From assembly GCA_033344875.1 (NCBI GenBank), contig JAWPMO010000001.1:829595-893594 (forward strand): DNA of 64,000 nucleotides, read 5' to 3'. This DNA comes from Ilumatobacteraceae bacterium (GTDB lineage: Bacteria; Actinomycetota; Acidimicrobiia; Acidimicrobiales; Ilumatobacteraceae). Shown piece after piece: positions 9,111 through 21,795 of the stretch. The notes below the pieces were generated by a model. That model was given only the letters and a program-made list of their open reading frames with translations, was not told where the DNA came from and ran no database searches. The position numbers and the translations under genes are program-made. Positions within the stretch are counted from its first letter, which is position 1; each line of letters begins with the position of its first letter.

Positions 9111-9779
9111 ATGGTGGTTATGCTCCGCACCATGGAGTTGAGCGCCCTGACCCTCGTCGTGATCGCCGCGAACGTCCTCGGAGCCGCCATGGCGGTCCCA
9201 CAGGCCCGCAAGCTGCTCCGCACCCGCTGCACCGACGGCATCTCGGTCACGTGGGCAGCGATGAGCGCCACGGTGAACGCCTGGTGGGGCGTCTACGGGG
9301 TTGCGGTCGACGACTACGGCATCGTGCCGGTCAGCGTCGTGTCGGTGGTGTCGTACCTCGTGATCGCCGTCGGCGTCGTCCGCTTCTCGGCCACCCCACC
9401 TCGACGACAGATCGTCCCGGCGGTGCGTGCGGTCGTGCTCGTGAGCAGCATTCCGGTGATTGCCCTCGTTGTCGACGGGTGGCTCTCGGCCGGGATCACG
9501 CTCGGCGCGCTCTACGGCGCCCAGCTGTTCCCCGCCGTCGTGGCCGTCTACCGGACGGTCGACGTGTCGGGCGTGGCCGCGGCGACGTGGGTCATCGCGT
9601 TGGTCGAGGCTGCCCTCTGGGGCGTCTACGGTTTCGCCGGCGTCGACGTCGGCCTGCTGTCGCTCGCCGGTACCGGCATCGTGATGTCCACCCTCGTCCT
9701 CGTCCGACTCGTGATCCGTCGGCCGCGCCGGACCCGCGTCGACGCATCGATCGACCTGGCGACGTTCGCTCCCGCGTGA
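9111..9779 (+). CDS. 7-TM membrane protein with internally duplicated PQ-loop/SemiSWEET-like halves
   Basis: Seven hydrophobic segments. The two halves share motifs (VPQARKLLRT...TW...WWGVYGV and FPAVVAVYRT...TW...ALWGVYGF). Start could be ATG 9111, 9120 or 9132. Confidence 0.6.
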   Translation: MVVMLRTMELSALTLVVIAANVLGAAMAVPQARKLLRTRCTDGISVTWAAMSATVNAWWGVYGVAVDDYGIVPVSVVSVVSYLVIAVGVVRFSATPPRRQIVPAVRAVVLVSSIPVIALVVDGWLSAGITLGALYGAQLFPAVVAVYRTVDVSGVAAATWVIALVEAALWGVYGFAGVDVGLLSLAGTGIVMSTLVLVRLVIRRPRRTRVDASIDLATFAPA

Positions 9780-9848
9780 TCGCGCCGGCGCCGGGCGGCA
9801 CAGGTCGTCGACACTGCTGAACCGGTGGCGCCGCTAGCCTTCTGGCCC

Positions 9849-10835
9849 GTGACACGCGTGCTCTCCTGTATCCAACCGACCGGCGCCGTCCATCTGGGCA
9901 ACTACCTCGGGGCGCTCCGCAACTGGGTGGCCGGCCAGCACGAGAACGACGTCTTCCACGGCATCGTCGATCTGCACGCACTCACGATCACCGAGGAACC
10001 CGGGGTACTGGGCGATGCCACGCTCGATCTGGCCGCGATGCTCTTCGCGATCGGCCTCGACTCCGACGTGGCCACCATCTTCGTGCAGAGTCATGTGCCC
10101 GAGCACTCCCAGCTGTGCTGGGTGATGGAGTGCACGGCGTCGTTCGGCGAGCTGAGCCGCATGACCCAGTTCAAGGACAAGTCCGCCAGGCGTGAGCACC
10201 TGTTCGTGTCGGCTGGGTTGTTCACCTACCCGGCGCTCCAGGCCGCCGACATCGTGCTGTACGACTCGGAACAGGTGCCGGTCGGCGACGACCAGCGCCA
10301 GCACATCGAGATCACCCGCGACATCGCGATCCGTTTCAACCACCGCTTCGGCGACACGTTCGTGATCCCCGAAGCGGTGACGCCGGCGGCCGGCGCTCGC
10401 GTGATGGACCTCCAGGACCCGACCTCCAAGATGTCCAAGTCGGCCACCACCGAGAGCGGCTGCATCATGATGCTCGACGACCCCAAGGCGATCATGAAGA
10501 AGTTCAAGCGGGCCGTCACCGACTCCGATTCCGAGGTTCGCTACGACGTCGCCGAAAAGCCGGGGGTCAGCAGCCTGCTCGACATCCTCGCCGCTGCGAC
10601 CGGCACCACCCCGCAGGCGGCAGCCGAGGGGTACACCCAGTACGGGGCGCTCAAGGTCGACACCGGTGAAGCCGTGGTGGCGATGCTCGAGCCGATCCAG
10701 GCCCGGTACCGCGAACTGATCGACGATCGGGCCGAACTGACCCGACTGCTCCAGATCGGATCGGGCAAGGCCCGAGACGTCGCGAGCGCCACGCTGCAGC
10801 GGGCATACGACGCCATCGGGCTCGTCCCCGCCTGA
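9849..10835 (+). CDS. trpS: Tryptophan--tRNA ligase
   Basis: Class I signatures (IQPTGAVHLGNYLGA for HIGH, KMSKS present). GTG 9849 gives the canonical N-terminus VTRVLSCIQPTG. The track ORF starts at 9825. Confidence 0.95.
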   Translation: MTRVLSCIQPTGAVHLGNYLGALRNWVAGQHENDVFHGIVDLHALTITEEPGVLGDATLDLAAMLFAIGLDSDVATIFVQSHVPEHSQLCWVMECTASFGELSRMTQFKDKSARREHLFVSAGLFTYPALQAADIVLYDSEQVPVGDDQRQHIEITRDIAIRFNHRFGDTFVIPEAVTPAAGARVMDLQDPTSKMSKSATTESGCIMMLDDPKAIMKKFKRAVTDSDSEVRYDVAEKPGVSSLLDILAAATGTTPQAAAEGYTQYGALKVDTGEAVVAMLEPIQARYRELIDDRAELTRLLQIGSGKARDVASATLQRAYDAIGLVPA

Positions 10836-10898
10836 CCGGCGCCCCCGACACCTGGCCGATCGTCCGGTCGGCGACGTCGGTGCGTATGGTGGTCCGCC

Positions 10899-12206
10899 GT
10901 GCCACGCCTCTCCTCGATCGACCGCCGGATCCTCGGGCTCGCGATTCCGGCGCTCGGGTCCCTGGCGGTCGAACCGGTCTACATCCTGGTCGACACCGCG
11001 ATCGTCGGCCAGTTGGGGACCGACCAGCTGGCAGGCCTCGCGATCGCGGCGACGGTCCTGTCGTTCGTCTTCGCCGGCGCGAACTTCCTGACCTACGGCA
11101 CCACCGAGCGGGTCGCTCGTCGGCTCGGCGCCGGCGATGAGGCCGACGCCGCCAACGTGGGAGTGCAGGCCATGTGGCTGTCGCTGCTGTTCGGCCTCCC
11201 GGCCGCTCCCCTGCTGTATTTCGGCGCCCGCCCGATCGCCCGGCTGTTCGGTGCCGACGGCGAGGTCCTCGAACACGCGGAGACCTATCTCTCGCTGAGC
11301 GCGATCGGTGTGCCGTTCTTCCTCGTCACGCTGGCCGCGCAGGGTGTGATGCGCGGCGCCTCCGACTACACCACGCCGCTGTGGGTGCTCCTCGGCGCCA
11401 ACGTGGCGAACCTGGTGATCGAGCTGGTCTTCGTCTTCGTGCTCGACATGGGCGTCGCCGGGTCGGCCCTGTCCACGGTGATCGCACAGGTGGGCGCCGG
11501 CCTCGTCTTCATGGCGATCCTCCGGCCGCAACTCGCCCGGGCGACGATCCGTCGCCCGAGTCTGGACGGGATGCGGCCGCTGATGTCGGCCGGCAAGTAC
11601 CTCCTGCTGCGGGTCGGTTCGATGCTGGCCGTGTTCGGCGGTTCCACTGCGATCGCCGCCCGGATCGACAAGTCGACGCTCGCCGCCCACCAGATTGCGA
11701 ACAGCATGTTCATCTTCCTCGCCCTCGTGCTCGACGCACTGGCGGTTCCCGCGCAGACCATCGTCGCCGAGGAACTCGGCAAGGACGACGTCGCCACCGC
11801 GGCGCACGTGGCGAGGCGATCGGCGCGTCTCAGTTTGTTGACGGGCCTCGTGCTCGCCGTGCTCCTCGCTGCGCTCGCGCCGGTGATCCCGCACGTCTTC
11901 AGCGACGACGACGCTGTCGTCGCCCGAGCGAGCGGGGCGCTGTGGTGGCTCGCCGCCGCGGTCGTACCGGGCGCGATCGCCTTCGCCCACGACGGCATCC
12001 TGATCGGCGCCGGCGACTACCGGTTCCTCGGCCGAGCCGCCTTCGGCTACCTGGTCGCCGTGACCCCGATCGCGGTGCTGATCGTCCTCGCTCCCGGCCT
12101 CGGGATCGCCGGGATCTGGGGCGGCCTCCTCGTCTGGATGATCATCCGGGCGGTGGTGAACGACCGCCGGACCCGGCACGTGCTCGCCGCCGGCTGGTCG
12201 ACCTGA
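10899..12206 (+). CDS. MATE family efflux transporter
   Basis: 435 aa, 12-TM pattern, N-terminus DRRILGLAIPALGSLAVEPVYILVDTAIVG typical of MATE/DinF-like proteins. Confidence 0.9.
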   Translation: MPRLSSIDRRILGLAIPALGSLAVEPVYILVDTAIVGQLGTDQLAGLAIAATVLSFVFAGANFLTYGTTERVARRLGAGDEADAANVGVQAMWLSLLFGLPAAPLLYFGARPIARLFGADGEVLEHAETYLSLSAIGVPFFLVTLAAQGVMRGASDYTTPLWVLLGANVANLVIELVFVFVLDMGVAGSALSTVIAQVGAGLVFMAILRPQLARATIRRPSLDGMRPLMSAGKYLLLRVGSMLAVFGGSTAIAARIDKSTLAAHQIANSMFIFLALVLDALAVPAQTIVAEELGKDDVATAAHVARRSARLSLLTGLVLAVLLAALAPVIPHVFSDDDAVVARASGALWWLAAAVVPGAIAFAHDGILIGAGDYRFLGRAAFGYLVAVTPIAVLIVLAPGLGIAGIWGGLLVWMIIRAVVNDRRTRHVLAAGWST

Positions 12207-12210
12207 CCAA

Positions 12211-12672
12211 CTACGCCCGGTCGCAGCGCTGCAGGGTGTCGTAGGCCGGACCGCGCTCGTCGATCAGTTCGACCGTGGCCGGGTCGCTGCCCGCGGCGGC
12301 CGCGAGGTCTGAGCCGATGCGCTCGTGGTCGTGATAGATCCGGAACCGCTCGGTGCGGGGCCCGACGACCGACGCCACGACCCGGCCGAACGTCCCGAGC
12401 CCGCATTCGACCTTGCCGACATCGTGCAGGAGCGCCCCGGCGATCTCCGCCCGGGTCGCATCCGGCCGTGCCTCGACGAACCGACGCCCGACCTTGGCCG
12501 AGTGGCGCCGGTCCTGATTGGACATGCGCCGCCACAGGGCCACCTCGCCCGAAAGCAGATGGGTCTCGGCCCAGACCTCCTCGGCGACCTCGGGCGGACG
12601 GCCGGACAGTGACGTCACGAACCGGAGCGCCAGGTGATGGGGCTGGGTCAGCAGATGTCGTGGCTTGCTCAT
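12211..12672 (-). CDS. HD-domain protein (small metal-dependent phosphohydrolase)
   Basis: ATG 12672 overlaps the xerD stop (ATGA). HD signature LLHDVGK plus a downstream H/D pattern (YHDHERIG). Confidence 0.7.
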   Translation of the reverse strand: MSKPRHLLTQPHHLALRFVTSLSGRPPEVAEEVWAETHLLSGEVALWRRMSNQDRRHSAKVGRRFVEARPDATRAEIAGALLHDVGKVECGLGTFGRVVASVVGPRTERFRIYHDHERIGSDLAAAAGSDPATVELIDERGPAYDTLQRCDRA

Positions 12673-13604
12673 GTCGAACCACCCCTGACGGCACGCGGGT
12701 GCGCACTGCGATAGACCTCCCACAGGCGGTCCTGGCTGACGCGGGTGTAGATCTGCGTGGTCGAGATCGAGGCGTGGCCGAGCATCTCCTGCACGATACG
12801 GAGGTCGGCGCCGTGGTCGAGCAGATGGGTCGCGCACGAGTGTCGCAGCACATGCGGCGACAGGTGGTCGGTGATCCCGGCCCGCTCGCCGTACTTCTTG
12901 ATGACGAGCCAGGCTCCCTGGCGGCTCAGGCGACCACCGCGCTGGTTGAGGAACACCGCTTCGGCATCGCCGCGTCGCTTCCAGCGGTCCGGCACCATCC
13001 GGACCCGGCCCGACGGGCCGAACCACTCGTCGAGCGCCAGTGCAGCGGCCGACCCGAACGGCACGATGCGCTCCTTGCTGCCCTTGCCGAATACTCGGAC
13101 CAGCGATTCATCGAAGTCGAAGTCGCCCACCGACAGGCCGACCAGCTCCGACACGCGCGCGCCGGTGGCGTAGGCGAGCTCGAGGAGGGCACGATCGCGG
13201 CGGTGGACCGGCTCGTTACCGATCACGGCGTCGAGCAGGCTGACGATCTGTGCTTCGGTGAGCGGTTTGGGGAGACCGGACGGCACCCGGACCCCGTCGA
13301 GCCGAGCCGCTGGATCGTCGGTCCGGTACTGCTCGACGGCCAGGTAGCGGTGCAGCATGCGGATCGCCGCGATCTGGCGCGCGATCGACGAGGTGGCCGC
13401 ATCGGTCGCACGCCGTTGGGCGACCAGCTGGGTCAGGTCGTCGTGACCGACCGTGAGCGGCGAGAGCCCCCGGCTCTGTAGCCACCCCTGGTACTGGAGC
13501 AGGTCCCGACGATACGCCTGGACCGTGTTGCGGGCCCGGCCACGCTCGGCCGAGAGCCAGACGAGGAACTCCTCGGCTTCGAGGGGCAGTTCGTCGGATC
13601 TCAT
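12669..13604 (-). CDS. xerD: Site-specific tyrosine recombinase XerD
   Basis: 311 aa. N-terminal SAM-like core-binding domain. Catalytic R...HxxR...Y pattern (LRHSCATHLL, GHASISTTQIYT). Position matches mycobacterial xerD. Confidence 0.9.
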   Translation of the reverse strand: MRSDELPLEAEEFLVWLSAERGRARNTVQAYRRDLLQYQGWLQSRGLSPLTVGHDDLTQLVAQRRATDAATSSIARQIAAIRMLHRYLAVEQYRTDDPAARLDGVRVPSGLPKPLTEAQIVSLLDAVIGNEPVHRRDRALLELAYATGARVSELVGLSVGDFDFDESLVRVFGKGSKERIVPFGSAAALALDEWFGPSGRVRMVPDRWKRRGDAEAVFLNQRGGRLSRQGAWLVIKKYGERAGITDHLSPHVLRHSCATHLLDHGADLRIVQEMLGHASISTTQIYTRVSQDRLWEVYRSAHPRAVRGGST

Positions 13605-14155
13605 GAGCGAAGGCGTCGGTCGGTGGCCAGGAGGCCGACGACCGTCTTGGCGTCGCTGATCTCACCCCGATCGATCATGGAGAGCGCATCGGCGAGCGGG
13701 AGATGGACCAACCGCATCGCCTCTTCTTCCGGGCCGTGCCGATCGAACTCGGCCGGGGTGCAACCGGTGGCCAGGAAGATCGTGCAGACCGAGTCGGTCA
13801 TCCCGGGCGATGGCAGCATGTCGACGAGGTGTGACATCTCCCCCGCACGGAGGCCCGCCTCTTCGATCAGCTCGCGGCGGCCGGTCGCTTCGGGCGGTTC
13901 GCCGGGGACGTCGCGCATGCCCGCCGGGATCTCGATCACGTTACGCTCGTACGGTGGCCGGTACTGCTCCACGAGCACGACCGACGGCTGGCCTTCGGCG
14001 TCGAACACGAGCGGGACGACCCCGACCGAACCCGGCGACCGGACGACGTCACGCCGGAACGCTGTGCCGTCGGGAGCCTCGAAATCGGCGACGACCACCT
14101 TCCAGATGTGTCCCTGGTGGACGTCCGTGTCACCGAGGTGGCGGAAGCCGGCCAT
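13601..14155 (-). CDS. NUDIX hydrolase (ADP-ribose pyrophosphatase-like)
   Basis: Nudix box GMRDVPGEPPEATGRRELIEEAGL. The stop overlaps the xerD start by 4 nt. Confidence 0.85.
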   Translation of the reverse strand: MAGFRHLGDTDVHQGHIWKVVVADFEAPDGTAFRRDVVRSPGSVGVVPLVFDAEGQPSVVLVEQYRPPYERNVIEIPAGMRDVPGEPPEATGRRELIEEAGLRAGEMSHLVDMLPSPGMTDSVCTIFLATGCTPAEFDRHGPEEEAMRLVHLPLADALSMIDRGEISDAKTVVGLLATDRRLRS

Positions 14156-14159
14156 GAGA

Positions 14160-17550
<3,391 letters not shown>

Positions 17551-17581
17551 CGTCGGCAACTGAAGCAGCAGGGTGTGACGG

Positions 17582-18445
17582 TCATCGGTCGGCGAGCCCG
17601 AACTTGGCCTTGAGGACCTGGTGGTAATGGTGCGCGCCGAACCGGAGGAATCGAGCGGTCCTCGTCGAGGGCGTACACACCACCGTCGCACCGGTCGACA
17701 GATTGCAGACGGGCCGACCGTCGACCGCCACCGACGCCTCGCGCTCCCCGAGGACCTCGATCTCGGCCACCTCGGTCGGGTCGAGGACGAGGCTCCGGTC
17801 GAACAGCATGTGCGGCGCGACCGGCGTCACGAGCAACGCACGGTGCTTCGGCGACACGACCGGGCCGCGAGCCGACAGGGAGTACGCCGTCGAACCGGTC
17901 GGCGTCGACACGATCAGTCCGTCGGCCGCGTAGGAGGTGAACGGCTCACCGTCGATCCGCACGAGGAGATGCACCGTGTGGCCCGAGATCTGCTTCTCGA
18001 CGACGGCCTCGTTGAGGGCGCGCCAGCGGCCACGCTCGGTTCCGTCGGCGTCGGTGACCACCACCGAGAGCATCATGCGCTCGTCGAGGTGCCACTGGCC
18101 GTTCTCGGAGCCCGACTCGAATCGTACGAGCGCGTCGGTGATCGAATCGGCCTCGACCTCGGTGAGGTAGCCGAGTCGGCCGAGGTTGACCCCCAGCAGG
18201 GGCACCGGCGCTCCGTCGAGCAGCCGAACGGCGCGGAGCATCGTGCCGTCGCCGCCGAGACACACCACGAGGTCGGCGTCGCCGGGCGATCGGTCGGCCC
18301 CGAGGTGTTCGAGTCGCGACGTCTCCGCGTCGCGGGGCAGCATCCAGGCCTCGTGACCGCGCCCCCGCAACCAGCTCGCGGTCGACTCGGCGAGCGCTCG
18401 GGCGTCTTCGCGCTGGTGGTGCGCCATGATCAGCACGGCGGTCAT
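17582..18445 (-). CDS. nadK: NAD+ kinase
   Basis: ATG 18445 overlaps the tlyA stop (ATGA). GGDGTML motif and TPTGSTAYSLSA motif. Confidence 0.9.
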   Translation of the reverse strand: MTAVLIMAHHQREDARALAESTASWLRGRGHEAWMLPRDAETSRLEHLGADRSPGDADLVVCLGGDGTMLRAVRLLDGAPVPLLGVNLGRLGYLTEVEADSITDALVRFESGSENGQWHLDERMMLSVVVTDADGTERGRWRALNEAVVEKQISGHTVHLLVRIDGEPFTSYAADGLIVSTPTGSTAYSLSARGPVVSPKHRALLVTPVAPHMLFDRSLVLDPTEVAEIEVLGEREASVAVDGRPVCNLSTGATVVCTPSTRTARFLRFGAHHYHQVLKAKFGLADR

Positions 18446-19191
18446 CGTGAAGACCCCGGGGACACGGCGTGGATCAGGAACTCGTGGTTGCCGTCGGCCC
18501 CGGTGATCGGGGATTCGGTCCAGCCGATCACGGCGCAGCCGCTCGACTCGAACGCGTCGGTGACCTCGCCACGGACCCGTTCCCAGACCTCGGGGTCGCT
18601 GATCACCCCGCGGCCTTTGCTCACCTCGGAGCGTCCGGCCTCGAACTGCGGTTTGACCAAGAGCACCATGTCGGCACCAGGCTGGCACACCGACACCAGT
18701 GGCGCGATGACCAGGCGCAGCGAGATGAACGAGAGATCGCCGACGACGAGGTCGACGAACCCGCCGATCGTGTCGATGTCGATGTGGCGAACGTTGGTGC
18801 GCTCGAGGTTGGTGACCCGTTCGTCGGCACGAAGGCGCTCGTGCAGCTGTCCGTGGCCGACATCGACCGCGACGACGTGATCGGCGCCTCGCTGGAGCAG
18901 ACAGTCCGTGAATCCGCCCGTCGAGGCGCCGGCATCGAGTGCGCGACGACCGGCGACATCGATCGCGAACGCATCGAGCGCGTGGTCGAGTTTGAGCGCA
19001 CCACGTCCGACGAATCGAGGGGGCGGACCGACGACGACCAGCTGATCGCCCGGTGCCACCTGACGCGCCGGCTTGTCGGCGATCGCGCCGTTGACGGTGA
19101 TGCGGTTCGCCTCGATCAGCTGCTGGGCCTCGGTGCGGCTCGAGACGAGGACGCGCCGGACCAGCTCGGCGTCGAGGCGGCGGCGGCTCAA
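18442..19191 (-). CDS. tlyA: TlyA-family rRNA (cytidine-2'-O)-methyltransferase
   Basis: N-terminal S4 domain (RRLDAELVRR...) plus FtsJ-type SAM site (ALDAGASTGGFTDCLLQRGA). Confidence 0.9.
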   Translation of the reverse strand: MSRRRLDAELVRRVLVSSRTEAQQLIEANRITVNGAIADKPARQVAPGDQLVVVGPPPRFVGRGALKLDHALDAFAIDVAGRRALDAGASTGGFTDCLLQRGADHVVAVDVGHGQLHERLRADERVTNLERTNVRHIDIDTIGGFVDLVVGDLSFISLRLVIAPLVSVCQPGADMVLLVKPQFEAGRSEVSKGRGVISDPEVWERVRGEVTDAFESSGCAVIGWTESPITGADGNHEFLIHAVSPGSSR

Positions 19192-19195
19192 CGGG

Positions 19196-19705
19196 TCAGC
19201 GCTTGCGGGTGGTGCTGACCTTGCGCACCCCTGAAGAACCGACGGCCTTCTTGGCGGGAGCCTTCCTCTTGGCCGGGGCCTTCTTGGCGGTCGCCTTCTT
19301 GTTGGCCGGGGCCTTCTTGGCGGTCGCCTTGCGCTTGGCCGGGGCCCTCTTGGCCGTCGTCTTCTTGGCCGTCGTCTTCTTGGCCGGGGCCTGCTTCGCC
19401 GGTGTGCCGGACGACGCCGCCGACTTCACCTGGTTGGCGAGCGACTCGATCCGCTCCTCGAGTTCGTCGAACCGTGCCTTGGCCGCCGCGATCTGCTTCG
19501 AGACCTCGTCCTCGACCATCGCGTTGAGCTTGTCGGAGGTCTCCTTGCCGCGGGCCACCAACTGCTGGACCGTCTTCTCGGCGTCTTTCCGACGGACTTC
19601 GCCGGACTTGACCAGCGACTTCACGATCGATTCCGCCTGCTGCTTGGAGATCTCGGTGAACTGCACACCGGCATCGAGGAACTTCTGGACGGGTGACTTG
19701 GCCAT
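19196..19705 (-). CDS. Phasin-like (COG3937-type) helical protein fused to a Lys/Ala/Pro-rich histone-H1/HbhA-like tail
   Basis: N-terminal helices ([32 protein letters not shown]...). C-terminal roughly 70 aa made of PAKK/TAKK repeats ([47 protein letters not shown]). Confidence 0.7.
   Translation of the reverse strand: MAKSPVQKFLDAGVQFTEISKQQAESIVKSLVKSGEVRRKDAEKTVQQLVARGKETSDKLNAMVEDEVSKQIAAAKARFDELEERIESLANQVKSAASSGTPAKQAPAKKTTAKKTTAKRAPAKRKATAKKAPANKKATAKKAPAKRKAPAKKAVGSSGVRKVSTTRKR
19240..19400. repeat. Imperfect tandem DNA repeats (about 30-33 nt units) encoding the Lys/Ala/Pro tail
   Basis: Repeated ttggccggggccttcttggcggtcgcctt units and gccgtcgtcttcttg units are visible on the + strand inside CDS 19196-19705. 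Boundaries are approximate. Confidence 0.7.
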
Positions 19706-19714
19706 GGAATCAGC

Positions 19715-20560
19715 CTACTCCTCAGTGCAGTCGGACGGTTCTCGGGATCCGAGCAGCGCGTCGGCCACCGCGGCCAGGTCGTCCTCGTCGATGTCGGCCA
19801 CGCCACCGGACTCGGCACCGATCGGGGTCACGCCCGACCGGACAAGCGCGAACGGGCAGCCGAGCACGTCGGCGAAGGCACCGTCGGTCGACCAGCGGTC
19901 GCCGACCATCAGCGCGGTGTCGGCACCGAAGTCCGGACCGCACATCGTCCGGACGAGAGCGCCCATCGGGGCGTGGGGTTTGCCGGCGATCGTCGGCGGG
20001 ACGCCTGCCGCCGCCGCCACCGCCGCGACGATCGCACCGGCCCCGGGCGTCAACCCGTCGGGGGTCGGAAACGTCGAGTCGTCGTTGGTGGCGACGAAGC
20101 GGGCACCGGAGCGGACGGCGGCGCTGGCCGCATCGAGCATGGCGTAGTCGACCTCGCGGGTCAGCCCGACGATGACGGCATCGGGTCGCGGCGACGTGCG
20201 GGCGACCGGTTCGACCACGGTCGCGCCCCGGGCGATGACCGCCTCACGGACCCCCGGTCCTCCGCAGACCATGACTCGTTCGCCGGGACGAACCAGCGAC
20301 GCCGCCGCCTGGGCACTCGTGACCACGTCGCCGGCAGCCGGAATGCCGATCGAGACCAGCGCCCGCTCCTGTTCGGCGACGACCGAGACCGAGTTGTTCG
20401 TCACGAACAACACGCGGCGTCCCGAGTCGCGGAGTCGGGCGATCGCCTCCGGCGCTCCGTCGATCGCCTGTCGAGCCAACCACACGACCCCGTCGAGGTC
20501 GCACAGCACGAACGCGATCCGGTCGAACACGTCTCGGTCGGTGGTGGCGGTCTCGCTCAT
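19715..20560 (-). CDS. HAD-IIA family hydrolase (Rv1692-like sugar/glycerol phosphatase)
   Basis: Motif I LCDLDGVVW, FVTNNS, and C-terminal GDRWSTD motif. Position upstream of tlyA matches mycobacterial synteny. Confidence 0.85.
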   Translation of the reverse strand: MSETATTDRDVFDRIAFVLCDLDGVVWLARQAIDGAPEAIARLRDSGRRVLFVTNNSVSVVAEQERALVSIGIPAAGDVVTSAQAAASLVRPGERVMVCGGPGVREAVIARGATVVEPVARTSPRPDAVIVGLTREVDYAMLDAASAAVRSGARFVATNDDSTFPTPDGLTPGAGAIVAAVAAAAGVPPTIAGKPHAPMGALVRTMCGPDFGADTALMVGDRWSTDGAFADVLGCPFALVRSGVTPIGAESGGVADIDEDDLAAVADALLGSREPSDCTEE

Positions 20561-20598
20561 GGCGAACGTTTGTACCAGGTCGGCGCGTCTGGCACGCT

Positions 20599-21789
20599 GT
20601 GCGCGTGCCCCGCTTCGAACCGTTTCCCGCCCTGCGTTACGCCTCCGACTCGCTCGACGAGGTCACCGCACCGCCGTACGACGTGCTGTCCGACGCCCAG
20701 GTCGACGAACTCGCCGCACGTCACCCGAACAACATCGTCCACGTCGACGTCCCACGCGAACGCGACGGCGATCAGCGATACGAACAGGCCGGCGACCTCC
20801 TGCGTACGTGGATCTCCGAGGGCGTCATGCGCCGCGACGACGTGCCGTCGTTCACGCTGTACCGGATGGCGTTCACCGACGCCGCAGGGCGCGAGCGGGA
20901 GATCGTGGGCGTGCTCGGTGCGCTCGAGGTCGTCGATGAAGGTGCCGGCAGGGTCCTGCCGCACGAACGCGTGACCCCCAAGGCCTCGACCGACCGACTC
21001 GACCTGACGCGGGCGACCGTCGCCAACATGTCGCCGATCTGGGGTCTGTCACTCGCCGGCGACCTCACCAGCCTCTTGACCGAGCCGGGCGAGCCGGTCG
21101 GCTCGTTGACCGTCGACGGCGTCACCCATACCGTCGAGCGGGTCACCGACCCGGGACGGGTCTCGGCGATCAGCACGATGGTCTGGTCGGACGACGTCCT
21201 GATCGCCGACGGTCACCACCGCTACGGGGTCGCCCGTCGCTACCGCGACGAGGTGCGCGACGGATCGCCGGACGACGGCCCGGCCGAGCTGACGTTGGCG
21301 TTCGTCAGCGAACTCGTCGCCGACCAGCTGAGCGTCGAGGCGATCCACCGCGTGTACCGCGACATCTCGTTCGACGACCTCGTCGCCGCACTCGAGGTCG
21401 GGTTCGAGATCACACCGGCCGGCGCCGTCGGCCCCGGCACCCTGGCCGAGATGGACGAACGCGGCGCGCTGTGTCTCGTCGCCCCCGACGGCGAGGGCCA
21501 CTGGCTGACGCCGCGTCCCGCCGCGTTCGACGGCTTGCGAGCGCTCGACGGCGTCTGGCTCGAACACCTGATGGACGGCACGACCGCCTCGGTCACGTAT
21601 CAGCACGGTGTCCACGAACTGCACACCCTGATGACGACCGACGAGACCGTGACCGCTGCGGTGCTGATCCGCCCCGTCAGCGTGGAGGAGATCGAGCGCA
21701 CCGCTCGCGAGGGTCTGCTGATGCCGCCGAAGTCGACGTTCTTCACCCCGAAGCTGTTGACCGGCCTCGTGGTCCGCCCGCTCGACTGA
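20599..21789 (+). CDS. DUF1015 domain-containing protein
   Basis: N-terminus VPRFEPFPALRYA and the internal LIADGHHRY motif are characteristic of DUF1015. Confidence 0.8.
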   Translation: MRVPRFEPFPALRYASDSLDEVTAPPYDVLSDAQVDELAARHPNNIVHVDVPRERDGDQRYEQAGDLLRTWISEGVMRRDDVPSFTLYRMAFTDAAGREREIVGVLGALEVVDEGAGRVLPHERVTPKASTDRLDLTRATVANMSPIWGLSLAGDLTSLLTEPGEPVGSLTVDGVTHTVERVTDPGRVSAISTMVWSDDVLIADGHHRYGVARRYRDEVRDGSPDDGPAELTLAFVSELVADQLSVEAIHRVYRDISFDDLVAALEVGFEITPAGAVGPGTLAEMDERGALCLVAPDGEGHWLTPRPAAFDGLRALDGVWLEHLMDGTTASVTYQHGVHELHTLMTTDETVTAAVLIRPVSVEEIERTAREGLLMPPKSTFFTPKLLTGLVVRPLD

Positions 21790-21795
21790 TCGCCG

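Noticed and set aside
9834-12179. 781-aa minus-strand ORF.
   Set aside because: It is antisense to trpS and the MATE transporter, both of which have unmistakable motifs. It has a low-complexity Arg/Asp/Gly/Glu composition and is a shadow ORF.
12669-13604. Tyrosine recombinase considered as a marker of an integrated mobile element.
   Set aside because: It has the XerD-type sequence and sits in the conserved pyrG-nudix-xerD context. There is no adjacent tRNA, att-like repeat, excisionase or phage/ICE gene.
17551-17581. Search for a LexA box or a RecA-independent damage promoter motif upstream of recN.
   Set aside because: No GAAC-N4-GTTC or convincing TGTC-type motif is present in the 31-nt gap. 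Any promoter must lie inside nadK, and nothing is supportable by eye.
19240-19400. Tandem repeats here and at 28449-28508, considered as possible CRISPR arrays or minisatellites.
   Set aside because: The units are contiguous with no unique spacers, lie inside ORFs in frame, and encode low-complexity Lys/Ala/Pro or Thr/Pro/Val peptides. No cas genes are present.
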